Source of the DNA: Auanema rhodensis
Taxonomy: Eukaryota > Animalia > Nematoda
Reading direction: 5' to 3'
NCBI GenBank assembly: GCA_964057225.1
Contig: CAXKVF010000075.1
Coordinates: forward strand, 620,001 to 684,000
DNA: 64,000 nt
The notes under the pieces were generated by a model. It saw only the letters and a program-made list of their open reading frames with translations, did not search any database and was not told the origin of the DNA. The translations under genes were made by a program, and so were the position numbers. Positions 27,632 through 41,241 of this stretch are shown here, piece by piece (the first letter of the stretch is position 1; each line of letters begins with the position of its first letter).

Positions 27632-30600
27632 TGATGTGCACTTGGTATGTAACTCGCTTCACGTGAAAGATAAAGAGATGCGGTTTTCAAAATTAGATTC
27701 CCCATGTACATATTAGTCTAAAAACAAATTTTTATTGATATTGGTTCATGGTAACCATGACTTTGAAATTTACGTGAACTTTAATTTATGCTAATTAAAT
27801 GTACACGTGATGTGCACTTGGTATGTAACTCGCTTCACGTGAAAGATAAAGAGATGCGGTTTTCAACATTAGATTCCCCATGTCCATATTAGTCTAAAAA
27901 CAAATTTTTATTGATATTGGTGCATGGTAACCATGACTTTGAAATTTACGTGAACTTTAATTTATGCTAATTAAATGTACACGTGATGTGCACTTGGTAT
28001 GTAACTCGCTTCACGTGAAAGATAAAGAGATGCGGTTTTCAAAATTAGATTCCCCATGTCCATTTTAGTCTAAAAACAAATTTTTATTGATATTGGTGCA
28101 TGGTAACCATGACTTTGAAATTTACGTGAACTTTAATTTATGCTAATTAAATGTACACGTGATGTGCACTTGGTATGTAACTCGCTTCACGTGAAAGATA
28201 AAGAGATGCGGTTTTCAAAATTAGATTCCCCATGTCCATATTAGTCTAAAAACAAATTTTTATTGATATTGGTTCATGGTAACCATGACTTTGAAATATA
28301 CGTGAACTTTAATTTATGCTAATTAAATGTACACGTGATGTGCACTTGGTATGTAACTCGCTTCACGTGAAAGATAAAGAGATGCGGTTTTCAAAATTAG
28401 ATTCCCCATGTACATATTAGTTTAAAAACAAATTTTTATTGATATTGGTTCATGGTAACCATGACTTTGAAATTTACGTGAACTTTAATTTATGCTAATT
28501 AATTGTACACGTGATGTGCACTTGGTATGTAACTCGCTTCACGCGAAAGATAAAGAGATGCGGTTTTCAATATTAGATTCCCCATGTCCATATTAGTCTA
28601 AAAACAAATTTTTATTGATATTGGTGCATGGTAACCATGACTTTGAAATTTACGTGAACTTTAATTTATGCTAATTAAATGTACACGTGATGTGCACTTG
28701 GTATGTAACTCGCTTCACGTGAAAGATAAAGAGATGCGGTTTTTAAAATTAGATTCCCCATGTCCATATTAGTCTAAAAACAAATTTTCATTGATATTGG
28801 TGCATGGTAACCATGACTTTGAAATTTACGTGAACTTTAATTTATGCTAATTAAATGTACACGTGATGTGCACTTGGTATGTAACTCGCTTCACGTGAAA
28901 GATAAAGAGATGCGGTTTTCAAAATTAGATTCCCCATGTCCATTTTAGTCTAAAAACAAATTTTTATTGATATTGGTGCATGGTAACCATGACTTTGAAA
29001 TTTACGTGAATTTTGATTTATGCTAATTAAATGTACACGTGATGTGCACTTGGTATGTAACTCGCTTCACGTGAAAGATAAAGAGATGCGGTTTTCAAAA
29101 TAAGATTCCCCATGTCCATATTAGTCTAAAAACAAATTTTTATTGATATTGGTGCATGGTAACCATGACTTTGAAATTTACGTGAACTTTAATTTATGCT
29201 AATTAAATGTACACGTGATGTGCACTTGGTATGTAACTCGCTTCACGTGAAAGATAAAGAGATGCGGTTTTCAAAATTAGATTCCCCATGTCCATATTAG
29301 TCTAAAAACAAATTTTTATTGATATTGGTGCATGGTAACCATGACTTTGAAATTTACGTGAACTTTAATTTATGCTAATTAAATGTACACGTGATGTGCA
29401 CTTGGTATGTAACTCGCTTCACGTGAAAGATAAAGTGATGCGGTTTCCAAAATTAGATTCCCCATGTCCATATTAGTCTAAAAACAAATTTTTATTGATA
29501 TTGGTTCATGGTAACCATGACTTTGAAATTTACGTGAACTTTAATTTATGCTAATTAAATGTACACGTGATGTGCACTTGGTATGTAACTCGCTTCACGT
29601 GAAAGATAAAGAGATGCGGTTTTCAAAATTTGATTCCCCATGTCCATATTAGTCTAAAAACAAATTTTTATTGATATTGGTTCATGGTAACCATGACTTT
29701 GAAATTTACGTGAACTTTAATTTATGCTAATTAAATGTACACATGATGTGCACTTGGTATGTAACTCGCTTCACGTGAAAGATATAGAAATGCGGTTTTC
29801 AAAATTAGATTCCCCATGTCCATATTAGTCTAAAAACAAATTTTTATTGATATTGGTTCATGGTAACCATGACTTTGAAATTTACGTGAACTTTAATTTA
29901 TGCTAATTAATTGTACACGTGATGTGCACTTGGTATGTAACTCGCTTCACGTGAAAGATAAAGAGATGCGGTTTTCAAAATAAGATTCCCCATGTCCATA
30001 TTAGTCTAAAAACAAATTTTTATTGATATTGGTGCATGGTAACCATGACTTTGAAATTTACGTGAACTTTAATTTATGCTAATTAAATGTACACGTGATG
30101 TGCACTTGGTATGTAACTCGCTTCACGTGAAAGATAAAGAGATGCGGTTTTCAAAATTAGATTCCCCATGTTCATATTAGTCTAAAAACAAATTTTTATT
30201 GATATTGGTGCATGGTAACCATGACTTTGAAATTTACGTGAACTTTAATTTATGCTAATTAAATGTACACGTGATGTGCACTTGGTATGTAACTCGCTTC
30301 ACGTGAAAGATAAAGAGATGCGGTTTTCAAAATTAGATTCCCCATGTTCATATTAGTCTAAAAACAAATTTTCATTGATATTGGTGCATGGTAACCATGA
30401 CTTTGAAATTTACGTGAACTTTAATTTATGCTAATTAAATGTACACGTGATGTGCACTTGGTATGTAACTCGCTTCACGTGAAAGATAAAGAGATGCGGT
30501 TTTCACAATTAGATTCCCCATGTCCATATTAGTCTAAAAACAAATTTTTATTGATATTGGTGCATGGTAACCATGACTTTGAAATTTACGTGAACTTTAA

Positions 30601-33600
30601 TTTATGCTAATTAAATGTACACGTGATGTGCACTTGGTATGTAACTCGCTTCACGTGAAAGATAAAGAGATGCGGTTTTCAAAATTAGATTCCCCATGTC
30701 CATATTAGTCTAAAAACAAATTTTTATTGATATTGGTTAATGGTAACCATGACTTTGAAATTTACGTGAACTTTAATTTATGCTAATTAAATGTACACGT
30801 GATGTGCACTTGATATGTAACTCGCTTCACGTGAAAGATAAAGAGATGCGGTTTTCAAAATTAGATTCCCCATGTCCATATTAGTCTAAAAACAAATTTT
30901 TATTGATATTGGTGCATGGTAACCATGACTTTGAAATTTACGTGAACTTTAATTTATGCTAATTAAATGTACACGTGATGTGCACTTGGTATGTAACTCG
31001 CTTCACGTGAAAGATAAAGAGATGCGGTTTTCAAAATTAGATTCCCCATGTCCATATTAGTCTAAAAACAGATTTTTATTGATATTGGTGCATGGTAACC
31101 ATGACTTTGAATTTTACGTGAACTTTAATTTATGCTAATTAAATGTACACGTGATGTGCACTTGGTATGTAACTCGCTTCACGTGAAAGATAAAGAGATG
31201 CGGTTTTCAAAATTAGATTCCCCATGTCCATATTAGTCTAAAAACAAATTTTTATTGATATTGGTGCATGGTAACCATGACTTTGAAATTTACGTGAACT
31301 TTAATTTATGCTAATTAAATGTACACGTGATGTGCACTTGGTATGTAACTCGCTTCACGTGAAAGATAAAGAGATGCGGTTTTCAAAATTAGATTCCCCA
31401 TGTCCATATTAGTCTAAAAACAAATTTTTATTGATATTGGTTCATGGTAACCATGACTTTGAAATTTACGTGAACTTTAATTTATGCTAATTAAATGTAC
31501 ACGTGATGTGCACTTGGTATGTAACTCGCTTCACGTGAAAGATAAAGAAATGCGGTTTTCAAAATTAGATTCCCCATGTCCATATTAGTCTAAAAACAAA
31601 TTTTTATTGATATTGGTGCATGGTAACCATGACTTTGAAATTTACGTGAACTTTAATTTATGCTAATTAAATGTACACGTGATGTGCACTTGGTATGTAA
31701 CTCGCTTCACGTGAAAGATAAAGAGATGCGGTTTTCAAAATTAGATTCCCCATGTCCATATTAGTCTAAAAACAAATTTTCACTGATATTGGTGCATGGT
31801 AACCATGACTTTGAAATTTACGTGAACTTTAATTTATGCTAATTAAATGTACACGTGATGTGCACTTGGTATGTAACTCGCTTCACGTGAAAGATAAAGA
31901 GATGCGGTTTTCAAAATTAGATTCCCCATGTCCATATTAGTCTAAAAACAAATTTTTATTGATATTGGTTCATGGTAACCATGACTTTGAAATTTACGTG
32001 AACTTTAATTTATGCTAATTAATTGTACACGTGATGTGCACTTGGTATGTAACTCGCTTCACGTGAAAGATAAAGAGATGCGGTTTTCAAAATAAGATTC
32101 CCCATGTCCATATTAGTCTAAAAACAAATTTTTATTGATATTGGTGCATGGTAACCATGACTTTGAAATTTACGTGAACTTTAATTTATGCTAATTAAAT
32201 GTACACGTGATGTGCACTTGGTATGTAACTCGCTTCACGTGAAAGATAAAGAGATGCGGTTTTCAAAATTAGATTCCCCATGTCCATATTAGTCTAAAAA
32301 CAAATTTTTATTGATATTGGTTAATGGTAACCATGACTTTGAAATTTACGTGAACTTTAATTTATGCTAATTAAATGTACACGTGATGTGCACTTGGTAT
32401 GTAACTCGCTTCACGTGAAAGATAAAGAGATGCGGTTTTCACAATTAGATTCCCCATGTCCATATTAGTCTAAAAACAAATTTTTAATGATATTGGTGCA
32501 TGGTAACCATGACTTTGAAATTTACGTGAACTTTAATTTATGCTAATTAAATGTACACGTGATGTGCACTTGGTATGTAACTCGCTTCACGTGAAAGATA
32601 AAGAGATGCGGTTTTCAAAATTAGATTCCCCATGTCCATATTAGTCTAAAAACGAATTTTTATTTATATTGGTGCATGGTAACCACGACTTTGAAATTTA
32701 CGTGAACTTTAATTTATGCTAATTAAATGTACACGTGATGTGCACTTGGTATGTAACTCGCTTCACGTGAAAGATAAAGAGATTCGGTTTTCGAAATTAG
32801 ATTCCCCATGTCCATATTAGTCTAAAAACAAATTTTTATTGATATTGGTGCATGGTAACCATGACTTTCAAATTTACGTGAACTTTAATTTATGCTAATT
32901 AAATGTACACGTGATGTGCACTTGGTATGTAACTCGCTTCACGTGAAAGATAAAGAGATGCGGTTTTCAAAATTAGATTCCCCATGTCCATATTAGTCTA
33001 AAAACAAATTTTTATTGATATTGGTTCATGGTAACCATGACTTTGAAAATTACGTGAACTTTAATTTATGCTAATTAAATGTACACGTGATGTGCACTTG
33101 GTATGTAACTCGCTTCACGTGAAATATAAAGAGATGCGGTTTTCAAAATTAGATTCCCCATGTCCATATTAGTCTAAAATCAAATTTTTATTGATATTGG
33201 TGCATGGTAACCATGACTTTGAAATTTACGTGAACTTTAATTTATGCTAATTAAATGTACACGTGATGTGCACTTGGTATGTAACTCGCTTCACGTGAAA
33301 GATAAAGAGATGCAATTTTCAAAATTAGATTCCTCATGTCCATATTAGTCTAAAAACAAATTTTTATTGATATTGGTGCATGGTAACCATGACTTTGAAA
33401 TTTACGTGAACTTTAATTTATGCTAATTAATTGTACACGTGATGTGCACTTGGTATGTAACTCGCTTCACGTGAAAGATAAAGAGATGCGGTTTTCAAAA
33501 TTAGATTCCCCATGTCCATATTAGTCTAAAAACAAATTTTTATTGATATTGGTTCATGGTAACCATGACTTTGAAATTTACGTGAACTTTAATTTATGCT

Positions 33601-36600
33601 AATTAATTGTACACGTGATGTGCACTTGGTATGTAACTCGCTTCACGTGAAAGATAAAGAGATGCGGTTTTCAAAATTAGATTCCCCATGTCCATATTAG
33701 TCTAAAAACAAATTTTCATTGATATTGGTGCATGGTAACCATGACTTTGAAATTTACGTGAACTTTAATTTATGCTAATTAAATGTACACGTGATGTGCA
33801 CTTGGTATGTAACTCGCTTCACGTGAAAGATAAAGAGATGCGGTTTTCAAAATTAGATTCCCCATGTCCATATTAGTCTAAAAACAAATTTTTATTGATA
33901 TTGGTTCATGGTAACCATGACTTTGAAATTTGCGTGAACTTTAATTTATGCTAATTAAATGTACACGTGATGTGCACTTGGTATGTAACTCGCTTCACGT
34001 GAAAGATAAAGAGATGCGGTTTTCAAAATTAGATTCCCCATGTCCATATTAGTCTAAAAACAAATTTTTATTGATATTGCTTCATGGTAACCATGACTTT
34101 GAAATTTACGTGAACTTTAATTTATGCTAATTAAATGTACACGTGATGTGCACTTGGTATGTAACTCGCTTCACGTGAAAGATAAAGAGATGCGGTTTTC
34201 AAAATTAGATTCCCCATGTCCATATTAGTCTAAAAACAAATTTTTATTGATATTGCTTCATGGTAACCATGACTTTGAAATTTACGTGAACTTTAATTTA
34301 TGCTAATTAAATGTACACGTGATGTGCACTTGGTATGTAACTCGCTTCACGTGAAAGATAAAGAGATGCGGTTTTCAAAATTAGATTCCCCATGTCCATA
34401 TTAGTCTAAAAACAAATTTTTATTGATATTGGTGCATGGTAACCATGACTTTGAAATTTACGTGAACTTTAATTTATGCTAATTAAATGTACACGTGATG
34501 TGCATTTGGTATGTAACTTGCTTCACGTGAAAGATAAAGTGATGCGGTTTTCAAAATTAGATTCCCCATGTCCATATTAGTCTAAAAACAAATTTTTATT
34601 GATATTGGTTCATGGTAACCATGACTTTGAAATTTACGTGAACTTTAATTTATGCTAATTAAATGTACACGTGATGTGCACTTGGTATGTAACTCGCTTC
34701 ACGTGAAAGATAAAGAGATGCGGTTTTCAAAATTTGATTCCCCATGTCCATATTAGTCTAAAAACAAATTTTTATTGATATTGGTTCATGGTAACCATGA
34801 CTTTGAAATTTACGTGAACTTTAATTTATGCTAATTAAATGTACACGTGATGTGCACTTGGTATGTAACTCGCTTCACGTGAAAGATAAAGAGATGCAGT
34901 TTTCAAAATTAGATTCCCCATGTCCATATTAGTCTAAAAACAAATTTTTATTGATATTGGTGCATGGTAACCATGACTTTGAAATTTACGTGAACTTTAA
35001 TTTATGCTAATTAAATGTACACGTGATGTGCACTTGGTATGTAACTCGCTTCACGTGAAAGATAAAGAGATGCGGTTTTCAAAATTAGATTCCCCATGTA
35101 CATATTAGTCTAAAAACAAATTTTTATTGATATTGGTTCATGGTAACCATGACTTTGAAATTTACGTGAACTTTAATTTATGCTAATTAAATGTACACGT
35201 GATGTGCACTTGGTATGTAACTCGCTTCACGTGAAAGATAAAGAGATGCGGTTTTCAACATTAGATTCCCCATGTCCATATTAGTCTAAAAACAAATTTT
35301 TATTGATATTGGTGCATGGTAACCATGACTTTGAAATTTACGTGAACTTTAATTTATGCTAATTAAATGTACACGTGATGTGCACTTGGTATGTAACTCG
35401 CTTCACGTGAAAGATAAAGAGATGCGGTTTTCAAAATTAGATTCCCCATGTCCATTTTAGTCTAAAAACAAATTTTTATTGATATTGGTGCATGGTAACC
35501 ATGACTTTGAAATTTACGTGAACTTTAATTTATGCTAATTAAATGTACACGTGATGTGCACTTGGTATGTAACTCGCTTCACGTGAAAGATAAAGAGATG
35601 CGGTTTTCAAAATTAGATTCCCCATGTCCATATTAGTCTAAAAACAAATTTTTATTGATATTGGTTCATGGTAACCATGACTTTGAAATATACGTGAACT
35701 TTAATTTATGCTAATTAAATGTACACGTGATGTGCACTTGGTATGTAACTCGCTTCACGTGAAAGATAAAGAGATGCGGTTTTCAAAATTAGATTCCCCA
35801 TGTACATATTAGTTTAAAAACAAATTTTTATTGATATTGGTTCATGGTAACCATGACTTTGAAATTTACGTGAACTTTAATTTATGCTAATTAATTGTAC
35901 ACGTGATGTGCACTTGGTATGTAACTCGCTTCACGCGAAAGATAAAGAGATGCGGTTTTCAATATTAGATTCCCCATGTCCATATTAGTCTAAAAACAAA
36001 TTTTTATTGATATTGGTGCATGGTAACCATGACTTTGAAATTTACGTGAACTTTAATTTATGCTAATTAAATGTACACGTGATGTGCACTTGGTATGTAA
36101 CTCGCTTCACGTGAAAGATAAAGAGATGCGGTTTTTAAAATTAGATTCCCCATGTCCATATTAGTCTAAAAACAAATTTTTATTGATATTGGTGCATGGT
36201 AACCATGACTTTGAAATTTACGTGAACTTTAATTTATGCTAATTAAATGTACACGTGATGTGCACTTGGTATGTAACTCGCTTCACGTGAAAGATAAAGA
36301 GATGCGGTTTTCAAAATTAGATTCCCCATGTCCATTTTAGTCTAAAAACAAATTTTTATTGATATTGGTGCATGGTAACCATGACTTTGAAATTTACGTG
36401 AATTTTGATTTATGCTAATTAAATGTACACGTGATGTGCACTTGGTATGTAACTCGCTTCACGTGAAAGATAAAGAGATGCGGTTTTCAAAATAAGATTC
36501 CCCATGTCCATATTAGTCTAAAAACAAATTTTTATTGATATTGGTGCATGGTAACCATGACTTTGAAATTTACGTGAACTTTAATTTATGCTAATTAAAT

Positions 36601-39600
36601 GTACACGTGATGTGCACTTGGTATGTAACTCGCTTCACGTGAAAGATAAAGAGATGCGGTTTTCAAAATTAGATTCCCCATGTCCATATTAGTCTAAAAA
36701 CAAATTTTTATTGATATTGGTGCATGGTAACCATGACTTTGAAATTTACGTGAACTTTAATTTATGCTAATTAAATGTACACGTGATGTGCACTTGGTAT
36801 GTAACTCGCTTCACGTGAAAGATAAAGTGATGCGGTTTCCAAAATTAGATTCCCCATGTCCATATTAGTCTAAAAACAAATTTTTATTGATATTGGTTCA
36901 TGGTAACCATGACTTTGAAATTTACGTGAACTTTAATTTATGCTAATTAAATGTACACGTGATGTGCACTTGGTATGTAACTCGCTTCACGTGAAAGATA
37001 AAGAGATGCGGTTTTCAAAATTTGATTCCCCATGTCCATATTAGTCTAAAAACAAATTTTTATTGATATTGGTTCATGGTAACCATGACTTTGAAATTTA
37101 CGTGAACTTTAATTTATGCTAATTAAATGTACACATGATGTGCACTTGGTATGTAACTCGCTTCACGTGAAAGATATAGAAATGCGGTTTTCAAAATTAG
37201 ATTCCCCATGTCCATATTAGTCTAAAAACAAATTTTTATTGATATTGGTTCATGGTAACCATGACTTTGAAATTTACGTGAACTTTAATTTATGCTAATT
37301 AATTGTACACGTGATGTGCACTTGGTATGTAACTCGCTTCACGTGAAAGATAAAGAGATGCGGTTTTCAAAATAAGATTCCCCATGTCCATATTAGTCTA
37401 AAAACAAATTTTTATTGATATTGGTGCATGGTAACCATGACTTTGAAATTTACGTGAACTTTAATTTATGCTAATTAAATGTACACGTGATGTGCACTTG
37501 GTATGTAACTCGCTTCACGTGAAAGATAAAGAGATGCGGTTTTCAAAATTAGATTCCCCATGTTCATATTAGTCTAAAAACAAATTTTTATTGATATTGG
37601 TGCATGGTAACCATGACTTTGAAATTTACGTGAACTTTAATTTATGCTAATTAAATGTACACGTGATGTGCACTTGGTATGTAACTCGCTTCACGTGAAA
37701 GATAAAGAGATGCGGTTTTCAAAATTAGATTCCCCATGTTCATATTAGTCTAAAAACAAATTTTCATTGATATTGGTGCATGGTAACCATGACTTTGAAA
37801 TTTACGTGAACTTTAATTTATGCTAATTAAATGTACACGTGATGTGCACTTGGTATGTAACTCGCTTCACGTGAAAGATAAAGAGATGCGGTTTTCACAA
37901 TTAGATTCCCCATGTCCATATTAGTCTAAAAACAAATTTTTATTGATATTGGTGCATGGTAACCATGACTTTGAAATTTACGTGAACTTTAATTTATGCT
38001 AATTAAATGTACACGTGATGTGCACTTGGTATGTAACTCGCTTCACGTGAAAGATAAAGAGATGCGGTTTTCAAAATTAGATTCCCCATGTCCATATTAG
38101 TCTAAAAACAAATTTTTATTGATATTGGTTAATGGTAACCATGACTTTGAAATTTACGTGAACTTTAATTTATGCTAATTAAATGTACACGTGATGTGCA
38201 CTTGATATGTAACTCGCTTCACGTGAAAGATAAAGAGATGCGGTTTTCAAAATTAGATTCCCCATGTCCATATTAGTCTAAAAACAAATTTTTATTGATA
38301 TTGGTGCATGGTAACCATGACTTTGAAATTTACGTGAACTTTAATTTATGCTAATTAAATGTACACGTGATGTGCACTTGGTATGTAACTCGCTTCACGT
38401 GAAAGATAAAGAGATGCGGTTTTCAAAATTAGATTCCCCATGTCCATATTAGTCTAAAAACAGATTTTTATTGATATTGGTGCATGGTAACCATGACTTT
38501 GAATTTTACGTGAACTTTAATTTATGCTAATTAAATGTACACGTGATGTGCACTTGGTATGTAACTCGCTTCACGTGAAAGATAAAGAGATGCGGTTTTC
38601 AAAATTAGATTCCCCATGTCCATATTAGTCTAAAAACAAATTTTTATTGATATTGGTGCATGGTAACCATGACTTTGAAATTTACGTGAACTTTAATTTA
38701 TGCTAATTAAATGTACACGTGATGTGCACTTGGTATGTAACTCGCTTCACGTGAAAGATAAAGAGATGCGGTTTTCAAAATTAGATTCCCCATGTCCATA
38801 TTAGTCTAAAAACAAATTTTTATTGATATTGGTTCATGGTAACCATGACTTTGAAATTTACGTGAACTTTAATTTATGCTAATTAAATGTACACGTGATG
38901 TGCACTTGGTATGTAACTCGCTTCACGTGAAAGATAAAGAAATGCGGTTTTCAAAATTAGATTCCCCATGTCCATATTAGTCTAAAAACAAATTTTTATT
39001 GATATTGGTGCATGGTAACCATGACTTTGAAATTTACGTGAACTTTAATTTATGCTAATTAAATGTACACGTGATGTGCACTTGGTATGTAACTCGCTTC
39101 ACGTGAAAGATAAAGAGATGCGGTTTTCAAAATTAGATTCCCCATGTCCATATTAGTCTAAAAACAAATTTTCACTGATATTGGTGCATGGTAACCATGA
39201 CTTTGAAATTTACGTGAACTTTAATTTATGCTAATTAAATGTACACGTGATGTGCACTTGGTATGTAACTCGCTTCACGTGAAAGATAAAGAGATGCGGT
39301 TTTCAAAATTAGATTCCCCATGTCCATATTAGTCTAAAAACAAATTTTTATTGATATTGGTTCATGGTAACCATGACTTTGAAATTTACGTGAACTTTAA
39401 TTTATGCTAATTAATTGTACACGTGATGTGCACTTGGTATGTAACTCGCTTCACGTGAAAGATAAAGAGATGCGGTTTTCAAAATAAGATTCCCCATGTC
39501 CATATTAGTCTAAAAACAAATTTTTATTGATATTGGTGCATGGTAACCATGACTTTGAAATTTACGTGAACTTTAATTTATGCTAATTAAATGTACACGT

Positions 39601-41241
39601 GATGTGCACTTGGTATGTAACTCGCTTCACGTGAAAGATAAAGAGATGCGGTTTTCAAAATTAGATTCCCCATGTCCATATTAGTCTAAAAACAAATTTT
39701 TATTGATATTGGTTAATGGTAACCATGACTTTGAAATTTACGTGAACTTTAATTTATGCTAATTAAATGTACACGTGATGTGCACTTGGTATGTAACTCG
39801 CTTCACGTGAAAGATAAAGAGATGCGGTTTTCACAATTAGATTCCCCATGTCCATATTAGTCTAAAAACAAATTTTTAATGATATTGGTGCATGGTAACC
39901 ATGACTTTGAAATTTACGTGAACTTTAATTTATGCTAATTAAATGTACACGTGATGTGCACTTGGTATGTAACTCGCTTCACGTGAAAGATAAAGAGATG
40001 CGGTTTTCAAAATTAGATTCCCCATGTCCATATTAGTCTAAAAACGAATTTTTATTTATATTGGTGCATGGTAACCACGACTTTGAAATTTACGTGAACT
40101 TTAATTTATGCTAATTAAATGTACACGTGATGTGCACTTGGTATGTAACTCGCTTCACGTGAAAGATAAAGAGATTCGGTTTTCGAAATTAGATTCCCCA
40201 TGTCCATATTAGTCTAAAAACAAATTTTTATTGATATTGGTGCATGGTAACCATGACTTTCAAATTTACGTGAACTTTAATTTATGCTAATTAAATGTAC
40301 ACGTGATGTGCACTTGGTATGTAACTCGCTTCACGTGAAAGATAAAGAGATGCGGTTTTCAAAATTAGATTCCCCATGTCCATATTAGTCTAAAAACAAA
40401 TTTTTATTGATATTGGTTCATGGTAACCATGACTTTGAAATTTACGTGAACTTTAATTTATGCTAATTAAATGTACACGTGATGTGCACTTGGTATGTAA
40501 CTCGCTTCACGTGAAATATAAAGAGATGCGGTTTTCAAAATTAGATTCCCCATGTCCATATTAGTCTAAAATCAAATTTTTATTGATATTGGTGCATGGT
40601 AACCATGACTTTGAAATTTACGTGAACTTTAATTTATGCTAATTAAATGTACACGTGATGTGCACTTGGTATGTAACTCGCTTCACGTGAAAGATAAAGA
40701 GATGCAATTTTCAAAATTAGATTCCTCATGTCCATATTAGTCTAAAAACAAATTTTTATTGATATTGGTGCATGGTAACCATGACTTTGAAATTTACGTG
40801 AACTTTAATTTATGCTAATTAATTGTACACGTGATGTGCACTTGGTATGTAACTCGCTTCACGTGAAAGATAAAGAGATGCGGTTTTCAAAATTAGATTC
40901 CCCATGTCCATATTAGTCTAAAAACAAATTTTTATTGATATTGGTTCATGGTAACCATGACTTTGAAATTTACGTGAACTTTAATTTATGCTAATTAATT
41001 GTACACGTGATGTGCACTTGGTATGTAACTCGCTTCACGTGAAAGATAAAGAGATGCGGTTTTCAAAATTAGATTCCCCATGTCCATATTAGTCTAAAAA
41101 CAAATTTTCATTGATATTGGTGCATGGTAACCATGACTTTGAAATTTACGTGAACTTTAATTTATGCTAATTAAATGTACACGTGATGTGCACTTGGTAT
41201 GTAACTCGCTTCACGTGAAAGATAAAGAGATGCGGTTTTCA
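26466..41241. repeat. Near-perfect tandem duplication of a 42-monomer (7392-bp) block: 26466-33849 and 33858-41241
   Basis: Rare variants recur at exactly +7392: TTTGCG 26540/33932, AAATATAC 28298/35690, ACACATGA 29743/37135, GATTCGG 32784/40176, TTTTCATT 33717/41109. Only two differences were seen by eye (28789 vs 36181; 33049 vs 40441). Confidence 0.95.

Noticed and set aside
32780-32810. CENP-B box at the TTCG-containing variants
   Set aside because: The required TTCG....A..CGGG pattern is absent, and no CGGG/CCCG occurs in the monomer.
13552-41241. 42-mer as a doubled 21-mer higher-order repeat
   Set aside because: The two halves of the 42-mer carry different markers, so there is no internal 3696-bp periodicity. 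The 2:1 ratio appears coincidental.
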